A stretch of DNA of 64,000 bases from Alphaproteobacteria bacterium. GTDB taxonomy: Bacteria; Pseudomonadota; Alphaproteobacteria; GCA-2731375. Of this stretch, positions 9,761 to 19,755 are shown in pieces (position 1 is the stretch's first letter; each line of letters opens with the position of its first letter). Location of the stretch: NCBI GenBank assembly GCA_965225945.1, contig CBDDBZ010000031.1, positions 201,561 to 265,560 on the forward strand, in the 5' to 3' direction. A model generated the notes under the pieces. It did no database searches, was not told the origin of the DNA, and saw only the letters and a program-made list of their open reading frames with translations. The position numbers were made by a program, and so were the translations under genes.

Positions 9761-10830
9761 GACGCGATCGCACCGTCGGCGCGCCGCGCGCGGGGCCGGG
9801 TGTTGAGGCCGGCACGGAGCTCGGCCGCGGTCCAGCCCAATTGGCCGTGGCGCCCGATGCCATGGCGAACAAGCGCCGCGTCGGCGAAGCGGCGGATATC
9901 GTCCATGTCGAACCAGATCCGGAGCAGGATTCGCTTGCGCGCCTCCGCTGCCACGACCTCGTGCGCGGCGCGGCCGTGCAGCACGGTGTAATTGTTGCAG
10001 AACTGGATGTCGCCCTCGTGGAAGGGAAACTCCAGGCGGTTCTCGAAGGCGATCTCGTCGACCAGATCGAAGATCGCCTCGTCCTCCGCCGCCATCGGCG
10101 CTTCCTTGCGCCGGGCCGCCGAGGTGATCCAGTTTCGGTTGTAGGGGCACGACACCACGCCGTCGGCTTGGCTGTAAAAGGGCACGAGATAGCCCGAGGT
10201 GGCGCTCTCGCCCGCGCCATGTTCGCCCATCCGGTCCCATTCGAAACCCCGGTAGAGGCGGGCCAGCGCGTCGGGGCGGCGACGCAGAAGCTCGTTGTGG
10301 ACGGTGAGGGAGCTGGCCAACCGGCTGGCCGGGTCGTCGGGCGCCTGGCGGACGCAGAGCAGCGAGACCACGTCCATCAGATCGACGTGGAGCTTCGTTT
10401 CCCTGGGCGAGCCGACGCCGCGCGTCCCCTACCGGGGCCGCCGCGCCCCGTCGGTCACGTAGTGGATCAAGCCACCCTCGCTATTTTGGCTGCGGCCGGT
10501 GCCGAGGTGGGCGCAGAGCCCCCAATAGAGGATCTCCAACTCCTCGAGGGAATGGCGCTGGACGGGAAAGCCGCGCATCACAGCGAAGCCGCGTCCCTCG
10601 CGCAGCTCGGCGGCGAGGCGGGCGAGCCTCGGCGCCAGGTCGGGAAGCGGAAAATCGGATTTTCCGACATCCACCACTTCGAGGCCGCGGGCGCGGACCC
10701 GCGCCAAGGCGCGGCCCAGCTCCGCTCGCTCGCCGTCGTCCAGCGGGTATTCCCAGGCGCGATCGCTCTCCAGCTCAGGCCCGCGCCAGGCGCTGGCGTG
10801 GTCGATGTGGCGGCTATGAATTTCCGTCAT
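9757..10830 (-). pseudogene. TauD/TfdA-family Fe(II)/2-oxoglutarate dioxygenase with an in-frame TAG at 10429-10431
   Basis: ORFs 10429-10830 and 9757-10377 share a frame. Read-through gives RRPR*GTRGVGSPRETKLHVDLMDVVSLLC (HxD) and later NNYTVLHGR. Confidence 0.85.
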
Positions 10831-10937
10831 GTCGCTCTCCCGCGCCCCTCTCGGCGCCGGCGCGGCGATTGCGCGCGCCGCGCCGTTGCCGCATCATCGC
10901 CGGACGCATCCCGCGTGACAATCGGAGGGAGGAGAAG

Positions 10938-11576
10938 ATGGCGAAACCGGTTCTGCACGGCCCCGGCTACAGCACCTATGTGCGCACGGCGCGCCTGGCA
11001 CTGGAGGAGAAGGGCGTCGATTATGACCTGAACGAGATCAACTTCATCGCCGACGGGATCCCGGACGACCACCTGGCGCGCCATCCCTTCGGCAAGGTGC
11101 CGGCCTTGAGCCACGGCGACTTCGAGGTTTACGAGACCGTGGCAATCGCGCGTTATATCGACGAGGCCTTCGACGGCCCCGCGCTGCAACCCTCGGACGC
11201 GGCCGGCCGGGCGCGGATGACCCAGGTGAGCGCCATCCTCGACAGCTACACTTACCCGACGGCGATCACCGGCGTCTTCATCCAGCGCGCGGTGATGCCG
11301 ATGATCGGTGGCGAAACGGACAAGGCGGCGATCAGCGCGGCGCTGCCCGAGGCGGCCAAGGCCATGGGCGTGCTGAACGAGATGCTGGGCGAGCGCGACT
11401 ATCTGGTGGGCGACGGCCTCACCATCGCCGACCTGCATCTGGTACCGATCTACGATTATTTTCGCCAGACCCCGGAAGGCGAGGGCGTGCTGGCCGAGAC
11501 CCCGGCGCTCCGGCGCTGGTGGGACACCATGAGCCAGCGGGCCTCGGTGAACGCGACGACGCCGCAACTGGGCTGA
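10938..11576 (+). CDS. Glutathione S-transferase
   Basis: STYVRTARLALEEKG, HPFGKVPAL, YETVAIARYID and YLVGDGLTIADL; RBS ggagga. Confidence 0.93.
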   Translation: MAKPVLHGPGYSTYVRTARLALEEKGVDYDLNEINFIADGIPDDHLARHPFGKVPALSHGDFEVYETVAIARYIDEAFDGPALQPSDAAGRARMTQVSAILDSYTYPTAITGVFIQRAVMPMIGGETDKAAISAALPEAAKAMGVLNEMLGERDYLVGDGLTIADLHLVPIYDYFRQTPEGEGVLAETPALRRWWDTMSQRASVNATTPQLG

Positions 11577-11780
11577 TACCGGGGCGCCACGCTTCCGTAG
11601 CCTGGCGCAGGGTCAAATTCGCGTTGCGGCCCCCTGCGGGCCGACCTATTCTCGAAGCGGGAGAGGGACCGGTCCACCATTGGACGTCGCTCCCGGGGAG
11701 GCGCGTTGGCGTCAGGGCATTGTCGGGGGTCCGGCAAGGCGGAATGCCGGAGGACCGGCAATAGGGAAAGGATCGAAAAA

Positions 11781-13367
11781 ATGAGCTTTGGGAAAGCGCT
11801 GCTCGGCGCCCTGGCCGCGGTGCTGCTGGCGACGCCGTCGTTGGCGGCGGAAACCACCTTGGTGGTCGGCCTGAAGGCGGAGCCGTCGTCGATCGACCCG
11901 CACTATCACAACCTCGGCCCGAACAACTCGATGGCGACGCACATTTTCTCGCGCCTGATCGAGCAGGACGCGAAGCAGCGCCTGACGCCGGGCCTGGCGA
12001 CCTCGTGGAAGGCGATCAACGACACCACCTGGGAGTTCAAGCTGCGTAAGGGCGTAAAATTCACCGACGGCTCGGCCTTCGATGCCGACGACGTTCTCTT
12101 CACCGCCGAGCGGGCGCCCAACGTCCCCGCTTCGCCGTCGAGCTTCGGCATCTACCTCAAGGGCAAGACTTTCAAGAAGATCGATTCCCACACCGTGCAG
12201 ATCTCGACCGCTCGCCCGCACCCGTTGATGCCGGTGGAGATGTCCAACATTCACATCATCTCCAACGAGGTCGGCGACAAGGTCTCCACCTCCGACTTCA
12301 ATTCCGGCAAGGCGGCACACGGCACCGGACCCTTCAAGTTCGTCGAGTGGGTGCCGAACGATCGGCTGGTGCTGGAGCGCAACGAAGATTATTTCGGCGA
12401 GAAGCCGGAATGGAAGAAGGTGATCTTCAAGCCGATCAAATCCGGCCCGTCCCGCGTCGCGGCGCTGCTGGCGGGTGACGTCGACTTCATCGACAACGTA
12501 CCGCCGATCGACATCGCGCGGCTGAAGAAGGAAGCCGGCGTGCAGTTGAGCCAGGGCATCTCCAACCGGGTGATCTACCTGCACATGGACCAGTTCCGCG
12601 AGGATTCGCCCTTCGTCAAGGCCAAGGGCGGCGGCAAGATCAAGAACCCGCTGCTCGACGCCCGGGTGCGCAAGGCGCTCTCCATGGCGATCAACCGCGA
12701 CGCCATCGTCGATCGGGTGATGGAAGGCGTTGCCATCAAGGCGGGCCAGCTTCTGCCCGAGGGCTTCTTCGCCGTCTCGTCGAAGCTGAAGCCCGAGGCT
12801 TACGATACCGCCGGAGCCAAGAAGTTGCTGGCCGAGGCCGGTTACGGCGATGGCTTCGAGATGACCATCCACGGACCCAACGACCGCTATATCAACGATG
12901 CGAAGATCGCCGAGGCGGTGGCCCAGATGATGAGCCGGATCGGCATCAAGACCGCCGTCGAGACGATGCCGAAGGCGGTCTATTTCAAGCGCGCCAGCCG
13001 CGGCGGGCCAAACAAATCGCCGGAGTTCAGCTTCATCCTGGTGGGTTGGGGCTCGGGCACGGGCGAGCCGTCCTCGCCGCTGAAGTCGCTGCTGCACACT
13101 TACGATAAATCGAAGGGCTTCGGTTCCTCGAACCGCGGACGTCACTCCGACGGGGAAATCGACAGGCTGATCGAGGATGCGCTGGCGACGGTCGACGACG
13201 ACAAGCGGAGCGCCTTGCTGCAGAAGGCGACGGAGCTCGGCATCGGCCGCAATCAGGGGATCATTCCGCTGCACTACCAGGTGAACACCTGGGCCGGCAA
13301 GAAGGGTCTGGTCTACGAGGCCAGGACCGACGAGCGGACGATGGCCATGGGCGTGCATAGCCAGTAA
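11781..13367 (+). CDS. Peptide/nickel ABC transporter substrate-binding protein (family 5)
   Basis: Signal peptide, LATSWK...WEFKLRKGVKFTDG and GTGPFKF. Confidence 0.93.
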   Translation: MSFGKALLGALAAVLLATPSLAAETTLVVGLKAEPSSIDPHYHNLGPNNSMATHIFSRLIEQDAKQRLTPGLATSWKAINDTTWEFKLRKGVKFTDGSAFDADDVLFTAERAPNVPASPSSFGIYLKGKTFKKIDSHTVQISTARPHPLMPVEMSNIHIISNEVGDKVSTSDFNSGKAAHGTGPFKFVEWVPNDRLVLERNEDYFGEKPEWKKVIFKPIKSGPSRVAALLAGDVDFIDNVPPIDIARLKKEAGVQLSQGISNRVIYLHMDQFREDSPFVKAKGGGKIKNPLLDARVRKALSMAINRDAIVDRVMEGVAIKAGQLLPEGFFAVSSKLKPEAYDTAGAKKLLAEAGYGDGFEMTIHGPNDRYINDAKIAEAVAQMMSRIGIKTAVETMPKAVYFKRASRGGPNKSPEFSFILVGWGSGTGEPSSPLKSLLHTYDKSKGFGSSNRGRHSDGEIDRLIEDALATVDDDKRSALLQKATELGIGRNQGIIPLHYQVNTWAGKKGLVYEARTDERTMAMGVHSQ

Positions 13368-13442
13368 CCCTCGACGCGTTCCCGGGCGGAGCGCTTTCCC
13401 CGCCCGGGGCAGCCGTTCGGACAAGCTCTCGGGAGAGGCGCC

Positions 13443-14420
13443 ATCTCCGTCTTCGTGATCCGCCGCTTGCTGCAGAGTTCGATCGTCGTCGTGGTGATGT
13501 CGCTGCTGGTCTTCATCGGCGTCAACCTGGTCGGCGATCCGGTGGACATGCTGATCAATCCGGAGGCTGACCAGGCCGAGATCGAGCGCGTCATCCGCGA
13601 CCTCGGGCTCGACCGGCCGGTGCACGAGCAGTACGGCTACTTCGTCGTCAACGCGCTGCAGGGCAATCTGGGAAAGTCGTTCATCTATGGCGAGCCGGCT
13701 TTGTGGCTGATCGTGCAGCACATTCCGGCGACCCTGGAGCTGGCGGTGGCGGCGCTGCTGATGGCGATCGTCTTCGGCATCCCGCTCGGCGTCTACGCCG
13801 GCTTGAACCCGGAGTCCAAGACCGCCAAGACGATCATGGCGGGCTCGATCCTGGGCTTCAGCCTGCCGACCTTCTGGGTCGGCATCATGATGATCATGAT
13901 CTTCGCGGTGCAGCTCGGAATCCTGCCCTCGACCGGGCGGGGCGAAACGGTCGAGGTGGCGGGCATCCATATGAGCTTCCTCACCGCCGACGGGCTTTCG
14001 CACCTCTTGCTGCCGGCGCTCAATCTCGCATTATTCAAGATTTCCCTGGTGATCCGGCTGGCCCGCGCCGGCACCCGCGAGATCGTGCATCAGGACTACA
14101 TCAAGTTCGCCCGGGCCAAGGGCCTGCGTCAGGGCCGCATCATCATGGTGCATCTGATGAAGAACATCATGATCCCGGTGGTGACGGTGCTGGGGCTGGA
14201 GTTCGGCGGCCTGGTCGCCTTCTCGACGGTGACCGAGACGGTGTTCGCCTGGCCGGGCATGGGCAAGCTGATCATCGACTCGATCCACAACCTCGACCGG
14301 CCGGTGGTGGTGGCCTATCTGATGATCGTCGTACTGCTCTTCGTCACCATCAATCTGGTGGTCGACATCCTCTATTCCGTGCTCGATCCCCGAGTGCGCC
14401 TGCGGGACCAGAAAGCATGA
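13443..14420 (+). CDS. Peptide ABC permease (DppB-like); expected start codon reads ATC (13443), alternative GTG at 13455
   Basis: PATLELA, EAA-like loop DYIKFARAKG and ETVFAWPGMG. Confidence 0.9.
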   Translation: MSVFVIRRLLQSSIVVVVMSLLVFIGVNLVGDPVDMLINPEADQAEIERVIRDLGLDRPVHEQYGYFVVNALQGNLGKSFIYGEPALWLIVQHIPATLELAVAALLMAIVFGIPLGVYAGLNPESKTAKTIMAGSILGFSLPTFWVGIMMIMIFAVQLGILPSTGRGETVEVAGIHMSFLTADGLSHLLLPALNLALFKISLVIRLARAGTREIVHQDYIKFARAKGLRQGRIIMVHLMKNIMIPVVTVLGLEFGGLVAFSTVTETVFAWPGMGKLIIDSIHNLDRPVVVAYLMIVVLLFVTINLVVDILYSVLDPRVRLRDQKA

Positions 14421-15349
14421 CTGCCGAGGTCCACGAACGCCTGCCCGCGATCGAGGCGGCGGCGCCCAAGGCCGGCGTCGAGACGCCGTTCCGCCGCTTC
14501 GTCTCCGACTACACCGACAGCCGCCTGGCAACGGGCGCCGTGGTTTTCTTTCTGCTGATCGCCCTGATCGCCGTCCTCGCGCCGTGGCTGGCGCCGACCG
14601 ATCCTTATGATTTGGCGCAGGTGAGCGTGCTCGATTCCAACCTGCCGCCGGGCACCGAGAGCGCCCAGGGCACGACCTTCTGGCTGGGCACCGACGGCGC
14701 CGGCCGGGATCTCTTGAGCGCGATCATGTACGGGCTCCGCATCTCGCTCGGCGTCGGCGTCGCCAGCGGCCTGATCGCCATGACCATCGGCTGCGTCGTC
14801 GGTCTGACGGCGGCCTATGTCGGCGGGCGGACCGACAGCGTGGTCATGCGCATCGTCGACATCCAGTTGAGCTTCCCGGCCATTCTGGTGGCGCTGATCT
14901 TGCTGGCGATCCTGGGCAAGGGGGTCGACAAGATCGTGATCGCGCTGGTCTGCGTGCAATGGGCCTATTACGCCCGCACGGTCAGGGCGAGCGCGCTGGT
15001 CGAGCGGAGCAAGGAATACGTCGAGGCGGCGACCTGCCTCGCCCTCGGGCACCGGCGGATCGTCTTCCGCCATATCCTGCCGAACTGCCTGCCGCCGATG
15101 ATCGTGGTGGTGACGTTGCAGACCGCGCACGCGATTTCGCTGGAGGCGACGCTGAGCTTCCTCGGCGTCGGGCTGCCGATCACCGAGCCCTCGCTTGGCC
15201 TGCTGATCGCCAACGGCTTCGATTACATGCTGAGCCACAAGTATTGGATTTCGATCTTCCCCGGCGTCGCCCTGCTGTTCACCATCGTCACCATCAACCT
15301 GGTCGGCGATCAGTTGCGCGACGTGCTGAACCCGCGTCTGCAAAGGTGA
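14417..15349 (+). CDS. Peptide ABC permease (DppC-like)
   Basis: WLGTDGAGRD, EYVEAA...HILPN and NLVGDQLRDVLNPR; ATGA overlap with the upstream gene. Confidence 0.93.
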   Translation: MTAEVHERLPAIEAAAPKAGVETPFRRFVSDYTDSRLATGAVVFFLLIALIAVLAPWLAPTDPYDLAQVSVLDSNLPPGTESAQGTTFWLGTDGAGRDLLSAIMYGLRISLGVGVASGLIAMTIGCVVGLTAAYVGGRTDSVVMRIVDIQLSFPAILVALILLAILGKGVDKIVIALVCVQWAYYARTVRASALVERSKEYVEAATCLALGHRRIVFRHILPNCLPPMIVVVTLQTAHAISLEATLSFLGVGLPITEPSLGLLIANGFDYMLSHKYWISIFPGVALLFTIVTINLVGDQLRDVLNPRLQR

Positions 15350-16350
15350 CGTTGAACCAACCGACAAAAACTCCGGCCGCCCCGACGCTCGAGGTCCGCG
15401 ATCTCAGGACCCATTTCCTGACCAAGGCGGGCGCGGTGAAGGCCGTCGACGGCATCAGTTTCGAGGTCACCAAGGGCCGGATCCTGGGCCTGGTGGGGGA
15501 ATCTGGTTGCGGCAAGTCGGTTACCGGCTTCTCCATCCTCGGCCTCGTCGATCCGCCCGGCCGGGTGGTCGGCGGCGAGATCCGCTTCAACGGCGAGAAC
15601 CTGCTGGGGCTCGACGACGAGCGGATGCGCCAGCTCCGCGGCAACCGCATCGCGATGATCTTCCAGGATCCGATGATGACGCTCAATCCGGTGCTCAGGA
15701 TCGACACCCAAATGGTCGAGACCGTGCGGGCGCACTACGACGTCGACCGGGCGAGCGCGCTGGAGCGCGCCCGCGAGACGCTGGGGCGCGTCGGCATCCC
15801 CTCGCCCGAGGAGCGGCTCCACGCCTACCCGCATCAGTTCTCGGGCGGCATGCGTCAACGGGTCGCCATCGCCATCGCGCTGCTGAACGAGCCGGACCTG
15901 ATCATCGCTGACGAGCCGACCACGGCGCTCGACGTCACGATTCAGGGCCAGATCCTGTTCGAGGCGCAGAAGCTCTGCCGCGAGAGCGGGACGGCGATGA
16001 TCTGGATCACCCACGATCTCGCCGTCGTCGCCGGCCTGGCGGACGAGATCTGCGTGATGTACGCCGGGCGCATCGTCGAGAAGGGCACCGTCGACGAGGT
16101 ATTGGACCGCCCGATCCATCCCTATACCCGTGGCCTGATCGGCTCGGTGCCGAGCCACAACAGCCGGGGCGGCCGGCTGTCCCAGATACCGGGGATGACG
16201 CCCTCGTTGCTGAACCTGCCGCCCGGCTGCGCCTTCCGCGAGCGCTGCCCCCGCGCCGACGAGGCCTGCCTGGTCGAGCCCGAAATCACGATTCCGGCAC
16301 ACCGCCGGGAGGTCCGTTGTTTCCATCCCCACCTGGAGGCGAGGCCATGA
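15346..16350 (+). CDS. Peptide ABC ATP-binding protein (DppD-like)
   Basis: Walker A GESGCGKS, FSGGMRQR, DEPTTALD and the C-terminal GCAFRERC motif. Confidence 0.94.
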   Translation: MTLNQPTKTPAAPTLEVRDLRTHFLTKAGAVKAVDGISFEVTKGRILGLVGESGCGKSVTGFSILGLVDPPGRVVGGEIRFNGENLLGLDDERMRQLRGNRIAMIFQDPMMTLNPVLRIDTQMVETVRAHYDVDRASALERARETLGRVGIPSPEERLHAYPHQFSGGMRQRVAIAIALLNEPDLIIADEPTTALDVTIQGQILFEAQKLCRESGTAMIWITHDLAVVAGLADEICVMYAGRIVEKGTVDEVLDRPIHPYTRGLIGSVPSHNSRGGRLSQIPGMTPSLLNLPPGCAFRERCPRADEACLVEPEITIPAHRREVRCFHPHLEARP

Positions 16351-17357
16351 GCGCGCCGGTGGCGATGATCGAGACCCGCCATGTGGTCAAGCGCTTCGTC
16401 AAGACGCTGGATCTCGCGGGCCGAATTGCCTCAGCTCTCGGCGCCGACGTCACCGAAGAGGTGGTGCATGCGGTGGATGACGTCTCGATCCGGGTGCGCC
16501 GGGGCGAGGTGGTCGGCCTGGTGGGCGAGTCCGGTTGCGGCAAGTCGACGCTCGGGCGGATGATCGCCGGCATCCTGGCGCCGAGCGAGGGCGCGGTGCT
16601 GCACGAGGGCCGCGAGGTGGCGGGTCTGGAGGGCCGCGAGGCGCGCGAGGTCGCGCTCAAGGTGCAGATGATTTTCCAGGACCCCTTCGCCTCGCTGAAC
16701 CCCCGGATGCGGGTGGCGGACATCGTCGGCGAGGCGCCTCGGGCGCACGGTATCGTCGAGAAGGCGGCGCTGGCTGATTATGTCGACGACGTCTTGCGCC
16801 GGGTCGGTCTCGACCCGGCGTTCAAGCGGCGCTACCCGCACCAGTTCTCGGGCGGCCAGCGCCAACGCATCGGCATCGCCCGGGCGCTTGCGGTGAAGCC
16901 CGAATTCCTGGTCTGCGACGAGGCGATCGCCGCGCTCGACGTCTCGATCCAGGCCCAGGTGTTGAATCTGTTCATGGACCTGCGCGAGGATCTCGATCTC
17001 ACCTATCTCTTCATCAGCCACGATCTTTCGGTGGTCGAGCACATCTCGGACCGCGTGGTGATCATGTATTTGGGCCGCGTCGTCGAGATCGCGGGAACCG
17101 AGGCGCTGTTCGAGGCCCCGAACCATCCCTATACCCGGGCGCTCCTGGCCGAGGTGCCGAAGCTCGACCTCCGCCGCCGCGACTACGAGCCGGTGAAGGG
17201 CGAGATTCCCTCGCCGCTGAACCCGCCCACGGGCTGTCATTTCCATCCCCGCTGCCCCCGGGCGGGACCGCGATGTAGCTTCGAGGCGCCGGCGCTGATC
17301 GAAATCGGCGACGAACGCTGGTCCGCCTGCCACCTGAACGACGGCGGCGTCGGCTGA
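16347..17357 (+). CDS. Peptide ABC ATP-binding protein (DppF-like)
   Basis: GESGCGKST, FSGGQRQRI and GCHFHPRC. Confidence 0.94.
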   Translation: MSAPVAMIETRHVVKRFVKTLDLAGRIASALGADVTEEVVHAVDDVSIRVRRGEVVGLVGESGCGKSTLGRMIAGILAPSEGAVLHEGREVAGLEGREAREVALKVQMIFQDPFASLNPRMRVADIVGEAPRAHGIVEKAALADYVDDVLRRVGLDPAFKRRYPHQFSGGQRQRIGIARALAVKPEFLVCDEAIAALDVSIQAQVLNLFMDLREDLDLTYLFISHDLSVVEHISDRVVIMYLGRVVEIAGTEALFEAPNHPYTRALLAEVPKLDLRRRDYEPVKGEIPSPLNPPTGCHFHPRCPRAGPRCSFEAPALIEIGDERWSACHLNDGGVG

Positions 17358-17453
17358 CGCCACGGCCGTCCAGCGCCGCGCCGGCCGGCCGGGAGGGGCC
17401 GAAGATCACGCCGCCCTGGATCGCGACGCTTCGTTCGGAAACGAGCTTCCGGC

Positions 17454-17819
17454 TCATCTCGCCTCGCCCTGGCGCTCAATCCGGCGCAGGAGATCGCTGA
17501 TCAGCTCTGCCGGCAGGCCGTCGATCCGTTCCGCCAGTCGGTTGGCCAGCAACGTCGCCTCGGGCGTGAGGCCGGCGGTGTCCAACACCACCCGGGGGTG
17601 CGAGAGCCGCGCCAGCTCGCGCACCTCGTCGGCCTCGTCCCAGATGATGTTGAAATAAGCGCAGATCTGGTCGACCAGGATCGGCGAGGCGCGGCCCCGG
17701 TGACCGTGCTCCAGCGCCGAAAGATAGGCCGGCGAGAGCTGCAGCTCGCGCGCCATGTCCTTCAGCCTGACACCCTTGGCCCGGCGCAGCTCGCGAACCT
17801 TGCGCCCAAAGGGGGTCAC
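17454..17819 (-). CDS. XRE-family helix-turn-helix protein
   Basis: GTG start, (M)TPFGRKVRELRR...SPAYLSALEHGHRG...NIIWDEA; this is the HTH usually found near smr in Alphaproteobacteria. Confidence 0.88.
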   Translation of the reverse strand: MTPFGRKVRELRRAKGVRLKDMARELQLSPAYLSALEHGHRGRASPILVDQICAYFNIIWDEADEVRELARLSHPRVVLDTAGLTPEATLLANRLAERIDGLPAELISDLLRRIERQGEAR

Positions 17820-18679
17820 GTGTCCTCTCCGAGGAAATCCAGCAGCATCTCGAGCAGCCGCTCCGGCGCCTCCTCCGCGAGCCAATGGCCGGCGCCCGCC
17901 ACCGAGCCGCCGCGAACGTCGGTGGCGACACGTTCGAGGGAGTCCCGGCACAGCTCGCCCCGCCCCATGCCCTCGGCGCCGCCGAGCGCCAGCACCGGCA
18001 TCGCCAACTTGCGCTCGGCGATCGAGGCGACGTTGTCGGCGATGTCCTGGGGGATGGCGCGGTAATAGGCGAAACCGGCCACCATGGCGCCGGGTTGGCT
18101 ATAGCAACGGAGGTATTCCGCCACCGCGTCTTCGGGAACCACGCCCGGCCGGGCCCCGAAAGAATCGTAAAAGTAATTGAGATAGGCCTCTTCGCGGCCC
18201 TCGGTCAGGATCTCGGGCAACTCGGGCGTCCGGTGGAAGCCGTGATGCCAGCGCCCGCCCGAGGTCGAGAACAGCTCGGAGCCGTCGCCCGGAATCATCA
18301 CGTCGAGGATCGCCAGCCGCCGCACCGCGTCCGAATGGTCCCATGCCAGCCGATAAGCGACCGGGCCGCCCCAGTCGTGCCCGACCAGGGAAAATCGCTC
18401 GATTCCCAAATGCTCGCTCGAGAGGCGCCAGATATCTCCCGCCACGGTCTTCTTGTCATAGCCGCCCGGGGGTCGACTGGAATCGCCCAGGCCCCGCATG
18501 TCGGGGGCGACGACCCAGTAGCGTTCGGCCAGCCTCGCCATGATCGCTCGCCACTCGTACCAGGTCTGCGGGAAGCCGTGCAGCAGGACCACGACCTCCG
18601 GCCCCTCGCCACACTCGACATAGTGCAGCTCCACCTCGCCCAAATCGGCCCGATGGTGAGAGAAGTCCGCGCCGGTCAT
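17816..18679 (-). CDS. Alpha/beta hydrolase (epoxide hydrolase-like)
   Basis: LLHGFPQTWYEW, PDMRGLGDS, GHDWGG nucleophile and GHWLAEE. Confidence 0.92.
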   Translation of the reverse strand: MTGADFSHHRADLGEVELHYVECGEGPEVVVLLHGFPQTWYEWRAIMARLAERYWVVAPDMRGLGDSSRPPGGYDKKTVAGDIWRLSSEHLGIERFSLVGHDWGGPVAYRLAWDHSDAVRRLAILDVMIPGDGSELFSTSGGRWHHGFHRTPELPEILTEGREEAYLNYFYDSFGARPGVVPEDAVAEYLRCYSQPGAMVAGFAYYRAIPQDIADNVASIAERKLAMPVLALGGAEGMGRGELCRDSLERVATDVRGGSVAGAGHWLAEEAPERLLEMLLDFLGEDT

Positions 18680-18684
18680 CGCGC

Positions 18685-19161
18685 TCACGCCACCTCGAGG
18701 CCGCGGGCGGCATGCCACTCGGTGATCGATTCGTTCGGATAGACGGGAAAGCGGTCGTCGCCGTCGGCGCTCTCGACCGGCACCCAATCGGGCTTGAAAT
18801 CGAGCATGATGTGGACCGTCTCCGCGGCCGGCGGCAGGCCCTCGTCGATGGCGCTCGCGAAAGGGTGTACCAGCTCCGGCCAGCTCGGCGACCAGACCCA
18901 AAGCGCGGAGCCGCAATGGCGGCAGAAGTGGCGGCGATGGTCGCTCTCGCTCCCGTCTTCCTGGCGGGAGCGATAGATCGAGAGCGCCTCGCGCCCCTCG
19001 ACGACCAGCGTCTCGTAGCGGCCCATGACGTTAATGGCGTAGCCGCCGCCGCCCGCCGTCTTGCGGCAGATCGAGCAATAGCAGCGCATGTAGGGCTGCG
19101 GCGTCGTGCTCTCGAGCGTGAAGCGGACCACCCCACAGTGGCAGGAACCCGCGAGTTTCAT
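18685..19161 (-). CDS. GFA family protein
   Basis: GSCHCG...CYCSICRK...FCRHCGSALW. Confidence 0.9.
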   Translation of the reverse strand: MKLAGSCHCGVVRFTLESTTPQPYMRCYCSICRKTAGGGGYAINVMGRYETLVVEGREALSIYRSRQEDGSESDHRRHFCRHCGSALWVWSPSWPELVHPFASAIDEGLPPAAETVHIMLDFKPDWVPVESADGDDRFPVYPNESITEWHAARGLEVA

Positions 19162-19191
19162 CTCTCTCTCCCCGGTGTCGTCGCGGCCATT

Positions 19192-19755
19192 CTACCGCTT
19201 GCGGCGCAGCAGCAGGTAAAACGCGCCCTCGCCGCCGTCGCGCGGGAGCGCGGGGCGTGCCGCCAGGACCTTGCCGGCGAGCGGCGCGGTCGCGAGCCAG
19301 CGCGGCAGCTCGCGTTTCAACACGCCCGGCGCGTCCTCGCCCATCACCGAGTCGGTCTCGCGCCCGGCGCCGCCCTTGCCGGTAATCACCAGGACGCAGC
19401 GTTTGCCCGCGGCCTGGCTGGCGAGGACGAAGTGCCCGAGAGCCTGGTGCGCCTCATCCACCCGGCGGCCGTGGAGGTCGAGGCGGGCCTCGATCTCGAA
19501 GCGTCCCTGGGCGAGCCGTTCGGCCGAGCGCCGGTCCAGCCCGGGGACGGGGGATTTGCGGCTCTCCACCACGACGGACGGCGCCGTCGAGGGCGCGGGC
19601 GCGGGTTTGGTTTCGTTCTCCGCGGGTCGCGTCGGCGGCGGCGGCGGGGCCGGGCGGCGCGGCCTGGCCGAGGCTGGCTTGGCCTTTCGTTCGGCCCGAA
19701 CCGTCCGCTCGAAGAGTTCGCTCTCGTCGCGCGTCGGCTTTCGCTCGCCGCTCAT
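19192..19755 (-). CDS. Smr/MutS2 C-terminal domain protein
   Basis: LDLHG, VLVITGKG and GGEGAFYLLLR. Confidence 0.92.
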   Translation of the reverse strand: MSGERKPTRDESELFERTVRAERKAKPASARPRRPAPPPPPTRPAENETKPAPAPSTAPSVVVESRKSPVPGLDRRSAERLAQGRFEIEARLDLHGRRVDEAHQALGHFVLASQAAGKRCVLVITGKGGAGRETDSVMGEDAPGVLKRELPRWLATAPLAGKVLAARPALPRDGGEGAFYLLLRRKR

